A stretch of DNA of 64,000 nt from Rhynchobatus australiae (GCA_034780895.1 JAUZTB010000118.1:54926034-54990033); one strand, 5' to 3'; shown: positions 14,201 through 27,500, numbered from the stretch's first letter. Translations and numbers: made by a program. The notes: generated from the letters alone by a model not told the origin.

Positions 14201-15874
14201 CAATTAAAGACGAGTTAATCAGAGAGATGTGCAACTGAGGTTATTGCCCTTGCAGCCAAAAAGGAACAGAGAAATTGTGATAGAAGTGATCAAAATTATG
14301 ATTTTAAAACAAAACAAGGAATAGTTTTCTGTGAGAAGTAGGTGTAACCAGCATATGTACAGATTTAAGGGAATTAACCAAGGAAGGAAGTAGGCAATGT
14401 CAATAGGTTTTTTGTGTTTTTGTTACTCTAGTTACTAATATCTGGAAAACACTACCAGATCAGATTCAATAATTATTTTCAAAATACAGTCTGAAAAATA
14501 CTTGAAGGTATCAAGTGGGATAGTTCTTTCAAAAAGATACAAGAGGCCGAATAATCGCCTCCTGTGCTATATACAAAGAGTATTTGGCAATTTCACATGA
14601 CTGTTTGCACAAGTTTGCTATTCAGCAAACCTTCCCCATTATCTACAAGTGTGACCACATTGGCAGAGAATTTACTTGATTGGGAAGTACTCTGAGGGTT
14701 GCAAAAGAAACAAGGAAACAAGTATCTTTATTCTTCTGCCTCTTCAGTCACCATGTTGAAGCCCCCCAGAGTAGTATCCCTTGTACTTTCTGCCTTTGCT
14801 GATGGAGATAACCATTAGAGTTGGCCCTGAACATTGAGTGAAGTCCAAGAAATAAAAAAAGTGTAGAAATTCTATTCCACACAACCACAGAAGTATCTAT
14901 TTCCTTGAGACAAATTTAGCACTAATTTTACAAAACTTTTTTTGATAAATGATCACATTTATCTGAACTGAGAGTAATTTTGATACCACTGACAGAACAT
15001 GACCACTTTGCTCATCATGCATTGCAAATTTTCTATCCATTTAAAATACAAATGGCCAATTATATATGCAAGCACAGTGCACTCCAGACACTAACCAGTT
15101 TAAATAACTGGTGTTCAAAAAATCTGTTACCCAGATGGCCTTGACCATCTGCTTATCAATGCACAACTGGGATGTTTTTCCAAGTGCCCCTTCTGTATAT
15201 ACAAGCATCTCTGCTCCCCCACAACAGATGTGGGGGAAGAAAAACACTTAGTAATTAGAATAGTCTTGCATCTGATCTATGAGCATACCGTTACACTTTA
15301 ATTGCCATGGTATGGTTCAGAAGTGTCTTGAGAATACGGATAACTAATTGAATAGATGTAGAGCAAAATACATAGCAAAAAAAAATAGATGTAGAGTAAT
15401 CAAACCAGTGGAAAACAAAATACCTACTCCATCCCATCTGTGCAAGCTTCAAGATTTGGCCACATTGAAACATCAAGTTAGCTTTTCTTCAAAAGAACTA
15501 CTATTTTTGCTGGAACAGCTCTGCACAATAGGAACACCAAAGATCATGGTGTTCACAATGTCAGAAGGATGTAAATCAAGTTACATCATTCTATTCCCAT
15601 CATTCATACAGCCCCATAGTATGGTACAGCATCTACCAAATAAAAATTGCTCCTATTGGAGGAGGACCTGGAAACTTGCATTTGTCCATAATGTAGTTCC
15701 TCCCCAAGATTCATGTGAGTGTTAGATTCCACCTCAAAATTCAGATTACAGCAGAATTTACATCAAGATAACCAAGATGAAGAGAAATGGAGTATTGAAA
15801 CATCCAGTGACAAATCATGTGCAGCCAAGAAAGGGAGAAGCCCTTCCCTTCCTCCCAGCACACAGAAATCAATT

Positions 15875-16035
15875 AACATAAAAGAGGTCATTCAGCCCAG
15901 ACCACTACTGCTGACTTGAAAGAGCTTGCAAAATAACTTCACTTCAGCAATTCTGCACCAAAGGTCTGTATTCCTTTCACGTTCAGTATTTTTGCCAAGA
16001 ACTTCCTAGCAGTGCCAGGCCTTCCACGTTCACCA
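15875..16035 (-). mobile_element. Old CR1-type 3' end
   Basis: 'gaggtcattcagccc...ttgaaagagct...' aligns by eye to the reverse complement of elasmobranch CR1 3' UTRs. Confidence 0.55.
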
Positions 16036-16352
16036 TTCACCTACTGACCACCCGCACTTGCCTGACGATGATCCTCAAGTGAGGGAGGCTGACTCCAATT
16101 TCATTGGCAAGGTCCGGCAGTAAGATTTTCCAGATACCAGTTCCATACATGTACCAAGGCCAGAATAAGCTCAACCCACTGAAACACTAGAAGAAAAAAA
16201 GCTGTCCACCAGGTAAGCTACAGCTGTCAAAAACATTCAAAATCAGATCCTACCTAGATCGCTCTCTTGAACAATGTATTAATACACTTTCCCCAAGACC
16301 ATCATCACATCTCAAGCCAAAGTAACCTTGAGGGTTCTTTGTTGAACTTTAC

Positions 16353-16585
16353 CTTGTCCTCTTGTTCATCTCAGCTCTGGACAGAGCTTGAAAGACGGAG
16401 TCGTAAATGCGATGCTTGAACCACAGCTCATGCGCCACCTTCCCATAGATGCAGGCCAGTGTCACGAGTGGGACAAGGAACACTAGCAGCAGAATGACGG
16501 TGGTGTAGGCTTTCCTCTGCTGGGGCTGGTGCCAGACCTCCTGGCAGCAGATGTAGTGCACTTCGAAGAGGAAATCGTGCTGGAC
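16353..16585 (-). CDS. Isolated exon of a QRFP-receptor (GPR103/QRFPR)-like rhodopsin-family GPCR: ECL2-TM5-ICL3; function or pseudogene status unknown
   Basis: 233-bp open exon, acceptor gttgagcag|GTC, donor ACAAG|gtaaag. Peptide VQHDFLFEVHYICCQEVWHQPQQRKAYTTVILLLVFLVPLVTLACIYGKVAHELWFKHRIYDSVFQALSRAEMNKRTR aligns with recalled human QRFPR IKYDFLYEKEHICCLEEWTSPVHQKIYTTFILVILFLLPLMVMLILYSKIGYELWIKKRVGDGSVLRTIHGKEMSKIAR. No other QRFPR exon found. Confidence 0.85.
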
Positions 16586-16704
16586 CTGCTCAACAATCAC
16601 ACAGCAACGTAACACAGCCGCTGAGGAAATCACTGATCCCTTTCGCAGACAGGTAGCAGACCGAACTGTGGAAGGGGTGAATGTGGGGCAGGCAGTGTGG
16701 AAGG

Positions 16705-17095
16705 TGAACAAAGAGTAGGCCACTTGGCCCCTCAAGCCTCTCCCACCATTCGATAGGTCCATGGCTGATCTGCCCCAGGCCTCATCTCCTATTCTCTGCC
16801 ACTTCCCCATTAAACCCTCAAATCACTGATCATTCCAAACCATATTGACTTCTTCAAATACTCTCAATCATCCAGCCTCCACAAACATCTGGGGCCGAGA
16901 ATTCCAGAGATTCACCACCCTCTGTCAGAAGAAATTCCAAGGATCTTTTACGTTTCAGTAAGGTCACCACTTCTTCTCCTGAACTCCAAAGAATATTGGT
17001 CTAATTTCTTAAGCCATTGAGGATAGGACAGCCCTCTCATGCCAGTTATTAGCCTTGTTCATCTGTTCTGGACTGGTCCCAATGCCAGTATTTCC
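16705..17095 (-). mobile_element. CR1-type LINE 3' fragment
   Basis: 'gagtaggccacttggcccctcaagcct...catggctgatctg...gagaattccagagattcaccaccctctgtcagaagaaattcc' is a typical reverse CR1 3' end. Confidence 0.85.
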
Positions 17096-17097
17096 CT

Positions 17098-17450
17098 TTG
17101 AACATAGAACAGTACAGCACAGGAACAGGCCCTTCGGCCCACAATGTCTGTGCTGGCCATGATGCCAAATTAAACTAAGTCTATCTGCCTGCAAATGATC
17201 CATATCCCTCCATTCCCTGCCTGTCTAAATGCTTCTTAAACACCACTATCTTATCTGCTTCCACCACCACCCCAGGCAGCGTGTTCCAGGCATCTAACAC
17301 TCTGTGTAAAAGAACTTGCCCGCACATCTCCTTTAAACTTTCCCCCTCACACCTTAAAGTTATGCCTTCTGGTAATTGACATTTCTGCCCTGGGAAATAC
17401 ACTCTGACCATCCACCCTATCTATGCCTCTCATAATTTTATAAGCTTCTT
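17098..17450 (-). mobile_element. Younger HER1/CR1 3' fragment
   Basis: Tail 'gaacatagaacagtacagcacaggaacaggcccttcggcccac'; ORF 17181..17411 gives RVLDAWNTLPGVVVEADKIVVFKKHLDR (CR1 ORF2 C-terminus). Confidence 0.92.
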
Positions 17451-18039
17451 AACTAAGGGAAACAAAACTGTGTCCAGTAAAATTGTGAGGAGACAATTGG
17501 GTGGGAGAAGCAGGGGNNNNNNNNNNNNNNNNNNNNNNNNNNNNNNNNNNNNNNNNNNNNNNNNNNNNNNNNNNNNNNNNNNNNNNNNNNNNNNNNNNNN
17601 NNNNNNNNNNNNNNNNGCATGCATTTGCAAAATTATTTCATTTATTTTGATTTGAGAGGAAAGGAGACATCTTGGTTATTGGGATTTGTCAGTATTGCTG
17701 GCTTCCCACGAGTTTCAGCAATACTCCAGTGCAAGGGATTTCTTGCTGCTGGTGAGACCACCATAGTTATTACTGGCAGGATCTCCCGTGCCCTACTCCT
17801 CCCATTACACAGGACCTTCCTCCTCAGGACCTTTGGGATATTTTGTTTCACAGGAAGATCCAACTGGGAGTGCTACTCACAATCCTTTCACAGCCCACCA
17901 TAAACGGATGCATCATTACCTAGGTGACTATGCATACGATAGGCGATCAAATATTTGAAGTGAAATGTGGGACAAAATACTGACAAACCTTTTTGTGTTT
18001 TAACCAACTTTTGTAAAATTCTAAGTACAATCAATCTGA

Positions 18040-18580
18040 CACACAAAATTGGGTTCAATTTTGGTCATTTCTTCATAGGAAGGATGTGGAAGCTTTGGAG
18101 AGGGTGCAGAGGTGGTTTACCAAGATGCTGCCTGGTTTGGAGAATGTGCTATGAGGAGAGGTTTAATAAGACGAGGCTGTTTTCTCTAGAATGGTGGAGG
18201 CAGAGAGGAAATTTGATAGTTTAGAAAACGTGAGGAATGGATAGACAGCCAGTATCGTTTTCCCCCAGATTGAAATGTCTAATACCAGAGGGCATGTATT
18301 CAAGGTGAGAGGGGGAAATACAAAGGAGATGTGAGATACAAAGTTTTTTTTAAAACAACAAAGTGGGGGGGGGCTGGAATGCACTGCTGGGGTGGTGATA
18401 GAGGCAGATAACATAGGAGTGTTTAAGAGACTCTTAGATAGGGACATGAATGTGCAGAGAAAGGAGGGATATTGTCAATGTGAGGGGAAGAGGGATTAGA
18501 TTAGTTAGGATCCATTGGTTTAATTAGTTCAACACAACAACGTGGGTCAAAGGGCCTATTCTGTGCTGTACTGTTCTAAA
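18040..18580 (+). mobile_element. HER1/CR1 3' fragment
   Basis: RKDVEALERVQRWFTKMLPG-like remnant; tail 'gggtcaaagggcctattctgtgctgtactgttcta'. Confidence 0.9.
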
Positions 18581-19224
18581 CCAAATACCATGCATCATTT
18601 AAGTACATCTATTACTGTAGATTGAACATGTAGGCATTTCTGAGATCACAGCTGATATTATGTATTCAGGTAGCATCACATCAGAACCCTTACTGATTAA
18701 CACAACACCTTGTTAGTGTGAAACATTTTAAAAAGGTGTCAATTATTTTTGAGTAGTGCAGCAATAATCTTGGTCAGAAGCTTCCCAGAAAATATAGTAT
18801 TTTTTTGTTGCCAGAGTCGATTATTGGCCACAAAACAGCAAGGGACACCATTCAGCAGTCTAGGTGCACCAAATCTTAGTGAAGCTGGGTTGTTGACTGA
18901 TTGCAGCTATAGACTGAGGCAAAGGCCATGAGATTTTAGGTCCCAGCAACACAAGGGATCAGCAAATTTCCACCCGAGTGATAATCCGGGAGAATTTAGC
19001 AACACCTTACCTGAAGAACATGGCCCAATCTTTAATGGATATACTCAAAAGCAAANNNNNNNNNNNNNNNNNNNNNNNNNNNNNNNNNNNNNNNNNNNNN
19101 NNNNNNNNNNNNNNNNNNNNNNNNNNNNNNNNNNNNNNNNNNNNNNNNNNNNNNNAATCTTTAATGGATATACTCAAAAGCAAACTTGAATTTATTAATC
19201 ACCATTCACATCTTTATCAGATTC

Positions 19225-19470
19225 TTCCACTTTGCAGCAAATGATAGTACTTTGAAACTTGGTCACTGCTGTAATGTCAGAAATGTGTGCAGCCAGCTCA
19301 ATGTGACAACAACCGTAGTAGGGCCACGGGATAATTATACAGGACACAAGGATAATTCCACTACTTCAGGGCTATCGCTTAATGACTTATCCCAAACTCA
19401 ACAACATTGCACACAAGTGCCAACTGCCGATGTAGCAGCAGAACCTACAACCTAACTCAAGAGACAAGAG
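19225..19470 (-). mobile_element. Ancient Deu-domain SINE remnant (SacSINE1/AmnSINE1-like)
   Basis: 'gcagcaaatgatagtactttgaaacttggtcactgctgtaatgtcagaaatgtgtgcagcca' resembles the reverse 3' tail of Deu-SINEs. Confidence 0.55.
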
Positions 19471-20589
19471 TCCTACAAATGAGTCATGTCTGTCGCTATG
19501 CAAATAGGATATTTAATGAAATCATTTGTCTTGTTATTCATTAATGATTATTATTTGCCGAGTTTCATAATAACAAAACTAATTTTTTTTTTAAAAAGCC
19601 GTATTCTTCAAAAAAGCCCAAAAGGGATATGTTCAAATTTAATGGTTGTGCAGAGTCAATAAATTAAATTGAAATGTTGATTGGTACCAAGATAGAGGTT
19701 GTGTCAATGCAAGTGCAAATGACTACACTATAGCTAGTGTTAATTCAGTTTTTGACTGAAAAGCACTTTGAATGCTCCAAGCATTCTGACAGATGCAAAA
19801 AGTATGAAAGATACCCCCCCCCCCACCAAAGAAATTTGTTGATATTTTTAAGAAACTGAATACTAAGCAAATATGAAAGCTTTAAGTGTTCATGGAAAAT
19901 AAGAAAGAATGCTTTTTTGGTGGAGGAAGGAAGCAGGAGGGATGCAGAAGCAAGTAGTATGCAAAGAGCATTAGGAAGAATCTTACATAGGGTTGCAGGA
20001 AGATCCCCTGACAAAGATACACTGGAGCATAAATATAATGGGCAGCAAATTAGTCAACTGTATTTAATAATCAGCAAAATATTGATTTTATAACATCAAC
20101 ATTTTGAAAAATCACACCACCATTTGAAACATATCATTTACATCACAAAACAGAGTTAAATATGCTATTATTAATAATCCCTTGCCTGCACACTGCATTG
20201 AAAACATCAGTTAGGCCAGCTGGAATTAGATGGGCCAGAAAGCAAGTTCTCTATGCATAATAAGATCATTCTTCAGCTCCATGATGTAGTTGGCCATTGA
20301 ACAGATTGTCTACGCCACTAATTCATAAATCACCAGATGGATTGCTCAGAACAANNNNNNNNNNNNNNNNNNNNNNNNNNNNNNNNNNNNNNNNNNNNNN
20401 NNNNNNNNNNNNNNNNNNNNNNNNNNNNNNNNNNNNNNNNNNNNNNNNNNNNNNNNNNNNNNNNNNNNNNNNNNNNNNNNNNNNNNNNNNNNNNNNNNNN
20501 NNNNNNNNNNNNNNNNNNNNNNNNNNNNNNNNNNNNNNNNNNNNNNNNNNNNNNNNNNNNNNNNNNNNNNTTACAGATAATTCCTATAT

Positions 20590-20870
20590 TGAGTTAGGGT
20601 CATAAAGCATGGAAACAGGCCCTTCGGCCCATCATGCTGACTGTGTGGCCTAGCAAGCTAGTCCCATCTGCCTGTATTTGGCCAATAGCCCTCTAAACCT
20701 CTCCCATCCATGTACTTATCTAGATGGTTTTTAAAATGTTGCGCGTGCACCCACCTCAACCACTATTTCTGGCAGCTCATTCCAAATGCACAACATTCTT
20801 TGCAATGAAGAAGCTACGCCTGATGTCCCTTTTAAATCTCTTGCTTCTGATCTTAAACCTATGCCCTCTT
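20590..20870 (-). mobile_element. HER1/CR1 3' end (sister of 24215-24590)
   Basis: 'gcatggaaacaggcccttcggccc...agcaagctagtcccatctgcctgtatttggcc' shared almost verbatim with 24230-24490. Confidence 0.88.
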
Positions 20871-21184
20871 GCAGACCTACACCACACATATGCACAAGAG
20901 AAAAAAAATAAAACTGTTCACATTACATGCAAAATTAAAATGCAACAATTCAGATTTTAGAAAAAATTGAAAACTATGAATATTTAACCACAAGTTTCAA
21001 GATGCAAACTATAATCATGTAATTTAAAAACCAATGCATTTAATACCTCAGGTCATTTTCTAGAGCAAATCCACACCATCTATGTACCAGAAAATGCCTT
21101 TACATTCAAGTCACCCTGTTAAAAATCAAGACTTGTCCAGGTAATGCTCTACTTCTGCACTTGCTCTTCATCTTACTCAGAGTA

Positions 21185-21686
21185 AGAATAAGATTCCCCT
21201 CGTCCTCACCATCTTCCACTTTCAGCCAACCCATCTGTATTTTCCACCATCCTCAAATGCAATAGCACCACAACCAGATACAAGTACGGGTGCCCTCTCA
21301 GGATTCTGAAGGGTTAGTTCCTTCCAGGACTCCCCAGTTTACTGCATCTCTACCAGCTCTCTAGTCTCACCATATCTTCCAATGCAACTGCAGAAAATGC
21401 TACCCATTGTTTTCCTTTTCCATCATCCCAAGACCCAAGCACTACTCCAGATGAAGCAAAAATACACTTGCACTTAATTCCTCTTACTGCTTTCTCTGCT
21501 CATGTGCTCTACTCTACACTGGAGGAACCAATTATCACTTTACAGAACACCTCCTTTCAGTCTGCAAGAGTGACCTAGGGTGACCAATTGCTCATTATTC
21601 TCCAACCAATTCCCATTCTATTTACCTTTAGTCTCTTACACTTGCAAAAAAAAAAATGCAAGCCCAACCCAGGCTAAACAGTATTT
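21185..21686 (+). mobile_element. Degenerate Penelope-like element fragment
   Basis: 'aagattcccctcgtcctcacc...ccagatgaagcaaaaatacacttgcac...ctctactctacactggaggaaccaa...tttacagaacacctcc' resembles the GIY-YIG region (LYIGET...RFAEHL). Confidence 0.6.
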
Positions 21687-22608
21687 CATCCTCGACTTCC
21701 TCACTGGGAGCCAACAGTCAGTGCTGATTGTCAATAACAGCTTCTCCTCACTGACAATCAACACAGGCACACCAAGGATGTGTGCTTAGCCCACTGCTCT
21801 ACTCTCATAACTGTGGGGCTAGGCACAGCTCAAACACCATCCATAAATTCGCCCATGACTTCATTGCTGTCGGCAGAATCTCAGATGCAACAAGGAGGCG
21901 TACAGGAATGAGTATTTCAGTTGGTTGAGTGGTGTTGCAACAATGTCAGCACGACCAAGGAATTGATTGTGGACTTCAGGAAGGGGAAGTCTGGAGAACA
22001 CACGCCAGTCTTCATTAAGGAGTCAGCCGTGGAAAAGGGTGAGAAGCTTCAAGTTCCTGGGCGTCAACATCTCAGAGGATCTACCTTGGGCCCAACACAT
22101 TAATGCAATCATGAGGAAGGCAGGCCAGCAGCTCTACTTTGTTAGGATTTTGAAGAGATTTGGTATGTCAAAGATTTGCAAATTTCTACAGATGTACGGT
22201 GGAGAACATTCTGACTGGTTGCATCACCGCCTGATGTGGAATCTCCAATGCACAGCATTGAAAGAGCATGCAGAGGGTTGTAGACTCAGTCAGCTCCATC
22301 ACAGGCACAACCCTCCCCGCCACAGGATACCTTCAAGAGGCAGTGTCTCAAGACAGCAACATCCATCATTAAGGACCCTTACCATCCACATTACTACCAT
22401 CAGGAAGGAGCCGGAAGACTCATTCAACATTTCAGGAACACTTTCTTCCCTTCCACCATCAGATTTCTGAACAGTCCATGAACACTACCTTGTTATTCCT
22501 CTCTTACACTATTTTTTTATTTTTGTAATAGTAATTTATGTCTTGCACTGTACTGCTGCCACTAAACAACAAATTTCACAGCATACATCAAATGATAATA
22601 AACCTGAT
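21687..22608 (+). mobile_element. Rex1/Babar-clade LINE, 5'-truncated and degenerate
   Basis: ILDFLT, LTINTGTPxGCVLSPLLY, HKFAxD, TKELIVDFRK, VRSFKFLGVNISEDLPW motifs; 3' tail 'aacaacaaatttcaca...gataataaacctgatt'. Confidence 0.88.
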
Positions 22609-24214
22609 TAATCTCCCAGTGTATTATAACCTTCAGAATTCATTAAACTCAATAATTTGTATATTTCAGAACTGGTCAGGTCCTGAACCTATNNNNNNNN
22701 NNTCCAAAAAGATGCTACCCAGCATTCTCTTTCACTTCAGACTTTCAGCAGCAGCCGTGTTCCATCATTGGACTTTTCCCACCTCCTACCCCTCTCCAAT
22801 CTTCATTAATCTTCTATTTACAGTGAAACTCCAATAATCTGGTGCCATCATGACTCTGGTAATGCTGCATCAGCAGATTTTTCAGACTACTGAATGGCAT
22901 TCCTATTCATACCCAAAGCATTTCTATTTTACTATTTTTAATATTATGCAGCTAGGTAATAAGTTTTCCAGGGAATCCAGCATGTTTAAAGGGAGCAGGA
23001 AATATACAAGTACTCCAGACCCAACTCCGGCCATAAATCTACCTGCATTCCTGACAGCTGGTGTCCCCAACCCTGCATATTCAGTTCATTCTCTGGGCCC
23101 TGACTGCACTCCCATCACCCAACTCTGGCCATAGAGCCTGCTCGAATTTGGACCCCCACCTGCAATCCAGACTAATGAGCAAGCCAGATGTTGAACCATC
23201 AAGATTTCCAAACAATCAGAAGCCAGATTATTGGAGATGTTCTGTCCATCTCCTCCAGGCAGATCAGCTGAAGGTGAGCAAACCTTCATCTACAGGTGCT
23301 GTCACCACCTCACAGTTCCCCCATCCACCCCATCACTTCCTTTGTTCCCTCCCTCCCCCTTTTCAGCATGTGATGTCTAACCTTTCCGAGTTCTGATGAA
23401 AGATTGATTTCAAACCCTTTGTTTCTTTCCCTACAGAAGCTGTTTGACCTGTTGTATTTCTAGCTTATTCAATTTTAAGTATTGAAATAAAGGTCTAACT
23501 TGTGTTAGCTTACTGACTTCATTATACTGTTACGTGATGGTGGGAGAGTGATATTGCATTTGATTATAATGAATGACTGATAACCAAATATATTGAACCA
23601 TAAAGTAAGAAATATTTCTCCTGCAATTCATCTTAAGTTTTTAAAAAGTATAACTATGCCAAGCACAAAATAATTTTTGACTTTCATGTCATTATACAGT
23701 CTCTCCCCCACCAGGCATCTGGGAAGTTGATTTTAACCCTTTATGTACCATTACTGAATTACAGAAACCAATAACATCTCAAGTGGAAATGTTTAATTTT
23801 TGTCATAATTTTGATCAGTGTTAACTGATCAAAGCAAGGCATATAATGCAAACTCTCTTGACAGTAGAGGAAACCATACACATACATGTCAGTGTGGGTT
23901 ATGATGGGAAANNNNNNNNNNNNNNNNNNNNNNNNNNNNNNNNNNNNNNNNNNNNNNNNNNNNNNNNNNNNNNNNNNNNNNNNNNNNNNNNNNNNNNNNN
24001 NNNNNNNNNNNNNNNNNNNNNNNNNNNNNNNNNNNNNNNNNNNNNNNNNNNNNNNNNNNNNNNNNNNNNNNNNNNNNNNNNNNNNNNNNNNNNNNNNNNN
24101 NNNNCTGGAAATGCCAATTTCTGATAGGTCATGGCTCAGAGTAGAATGCTCTTCACCAAACCCACTATTAAGAACATAGAACTATAGATTACGGATAATA
24201 ATTCACAGATTATA

Positions 24215-24590
24215 GAGTCAGAGTCATACAGCATGGAACCAGGCCCTTGGCCCATTGTGCTGACTGTGTTGCCCAGCAAGCTAGTCCCATCTGCCTGTAT
24301 TTGGCCCATAGCCCTCTACACCTCTCCCATCCATGTACTTATCTAGATGGCTTTTAAATCTTGCTAATGCACCTGCCTCAACCACTATTTCTGGCAGCTC
24401 ATTCCAAATACACACCACCCCTTGTATAAAGCAGCTACCCTAGATGTCCCTTTTAAATTTCTTGCCTCTCATCTTAAACCTATGCCCTCTTCTTTTTGAC
24501 TTTTTCCCCCAGGGAGGGGGTGCTACGTGCTTTCACCCTGTCTATGCCGCTCATGATCTTTTATACCTCCATCAGGTCAGCCCTCAATCT
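24215..24590 (-). mobile_element. HER1/CR1 3' end
   Basis: Tail 'agagtcagagtcatacagcatggaaccaggccc'; same subfamily as 20590-20870. Confidence 0.88.
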
Positions 24591-27500
24591 TCATTCCCCA
24601 CCTCCAGCTATATACATTTCAGGAGTGGTTGTTACTTGCTCACAGTATGCCCCCACTGTTTATTCTTGGCAGCTTAAAGCCTGGGCCCGTGTCTACTTGT
24701 GATTGCTCTAGTGGACACCAATCTGCTTGTTGGCAGTTCTTTCCTTCACTGTGCAAATTGGCCACCACTTAATCTTTTGGCCCCAGCCTCCAGCTGTTTT
24801 GAAACAGATCCTGCCTGCTTAAAGTAGGCATGTTATTTGTCCACATGCAAGACTGCTTGACCATTGCAGCAGGTAGCAGAAAGCATTGATGAGGCTGCTA
24901 CAGGACCTTTCCAACTTTTCAATTGGAAAGTGTGCATTTCTCAAGAAGTGGATGGAAGGTATTTGAAATTTGCTCCCTTGCCGTCAATGAAGTATAGGTA
25001 TACTTCATATAAAGGAGATGCCAGCAAAATTCTGCAAGTTCTAAAGGCTGGGCATTAAGGACATTTTAGTACAGTGTATCCTTATGGGTGGAGAGGGGTG
25101 TGTTATCATCATATTAAAAACTGGATTAGTAAATAGAGAACACATAACCCAAGAAACCANNNNNNNNNNNNNNNNNNNNNNAGGAATACATGTACTTAAC
25201 AAAAAAAGTGGCAAAGCAAAGATCAAATGTGTTACACATTCTTTTTCCAGGAAGAATCATGGATTAGAAACCAAGTGTCTAAAACAGATTCCTTCACCCA
25301 AAAGTTGGAGACACCATGCACAACACCATATCTCAAATGTTAAATCAAATTCTCTTTTAATGACAGTGAAAATGAAATAACCCCAAAATAATTTTCTGTT
25401 AAGTTATCAGCCATTACTAAATCAGTTAATTCTTTAAAAAACATTTTATTTTTGTAGATTTTTGACAATAGCTGGCATTACAGAGTTTTGTAAAATGAAA
25501 AAAGGTCAAGTTAATATATCTGGTGTAAGTTACTACAATTGATGCATTTCATAGAATTTAGCAATGAATGCTCAATACATTTGCTTGAAAAAGAAAGATA
25601 CCAATCCCAACATTGCTATTTACCTAGTATATTAAAATAATTCATTTGATGCATTATGTATTCAGATACCAATACTGCACATTACATTTTCAATCAGCAC
25701 GATTCATATTCTTCCCTTTCAAGTGCGTACAGGTGGCCAAATATGTTCCCTTCAATTAAAGTACCAGTGAAGGAAAGCTTTGTGGGCAACTTGAAAGAGA
25801 TCTACATGCACAAATCATTCAAAGCCCACAGGAAAATTTTAATCCTTTCATTCTAATTACACTAACCTTGCATTTGGCCATTAAAGAACTAAAATATTAA
25901 CACACCATCAATGGATAAAGGGGCAGCTCATGTTTAAGCAGCAATTTAAACCCATAAATGAATGGAATACTGAATAAAATTCTTCATAGCGTGGTGTTTG
26001 TCTCTTTTCTTCCCTTTGCTCTGCAATACCATATTTACACTGGAGGATGGAACACTCCCCAATTTCAGCACTCACATCAAATACACCACATTTGGTTGCA
26101 AATAAAGCACCCATTCCAGCTCAGATGCATGCTTTATTCCTCATTACAAGAGTAACTACCTCACAATTGTAACGTTTGCAAGTTCAGTACTTGCCAGCTT
26201 GGTAGTCAGATAATCAAGGCCAGTTTCAAATTCTGCAGTACACTCCAAGCAAATCCAAGAATTGTTTTTACTCCAAAATCCAAATCTGTAAATTTGAACA
26301 TCTGGTGGATTTTCAAGAGCAAAGGTAAAACTGGTGATTTAATTATGAACAATAGTTTGCTTTCCAGTAACCTGGATAGGTTCAAATTTGGATGAATTAC
26401 AAATTCTAGACCAACTAGTTCTCAAATGCAATTATGAACACCATCCAAAACAACAAACTACACCAAATAATATCTATGGAAGAATATATTCTGTGCATCA
26501 GTTTCATTGAAATTGCATCACAAGGGGCTCAATGAGTCAGTATCAATATATCAGTCCAAGTACTGTAGCTGCAGTTACCAAATCCAATCAAATTTCACTG
26601 CTCTTTCCACATTTGTTTTCATAGTTTTCCTCTTCCAGATCAGTTAAAAGGATGACTCTGCTTCAACTATTGACTATGCCAAAACATTATATATTTGGTT
26701 GGGGAAAATATAAAAACTTTTCCATTTTGCTCTTTGAGAATAACCCAAATTCACAAGATAACACCATGAAACAAAATGGAGTGAATTTGATACAATTTGA
26801 ACATAGACATCAAAAGAGACAGCTGGGCCTGGACCACCAAGCTGGTCCACAACATGCCATTCAGTGTTCCTGATATCCCAACTTTCCTTTTTGCAACATC
26901 ATGATCTTACAGTTTGATTCTACATCAATGAATACTTAACTCTGTGTCACTGCAATTCAATTAAGGCATCGGCCCTAACCCCTTCCATAATATTCAGAAA
27001 CTAAACTCTCAAGTTCGTGGCAAAGACCACAATCCACAGTTCAAAGGCATTTACAGTACAATTCAATTCTTATGTATTAACCATCCATCCTGAATTTTGA
27101 ATTAGTATAGACTGCAATATATTGTTCCTTAATTTCAATTCACCTTCATGATACAGAGTATCATCTCCATACCAGCACTTGCCTGCACAACACAACGAAT
27201 CTAATCACATATGCCTCCTTTAACCTTTAAGATTTACTTTCTGCAAAAATACTTGCAATGTATTATTATGCAAACTGCAGATTGCACAGCATTAGGGCTT
27301 TACTGCAATGGGCCAGAGGGTCTGAACTAGGCCTGAGTCTCCAGTCTTCAATTTGGCTACTCAAAGCATACACAAACATAAATTAGGAATTGGCCACTCA
27401 TTCCCTTTGGACAGCTCCACCAGTTAATAATTGATTATAACCTCAACTCTATTTACCTGCAAGAACTTTTGTTACATCATAGGTGGCCATGCCCCTATCG

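Noticed and set aside
15475-15600. Minus-strand DIVNTMIFGVPIVQS, faintly like QRFPR TM7 (DVTIKMIFAIVQ), downstream of the GPCR exon
   Set aside because: No NPxxY motif, stops on both sides, no clear acceptor; most likely chance.
19027-19184. Exact ~29-bp direct repeat (aatctttaatggatatactcaaaagcaaa) flanking a 100-N gap
   Set aside because: Unmerged contig overlap around a placeholder gap; an assembly artefact, not a CRISPR repeat or target-site duplication.
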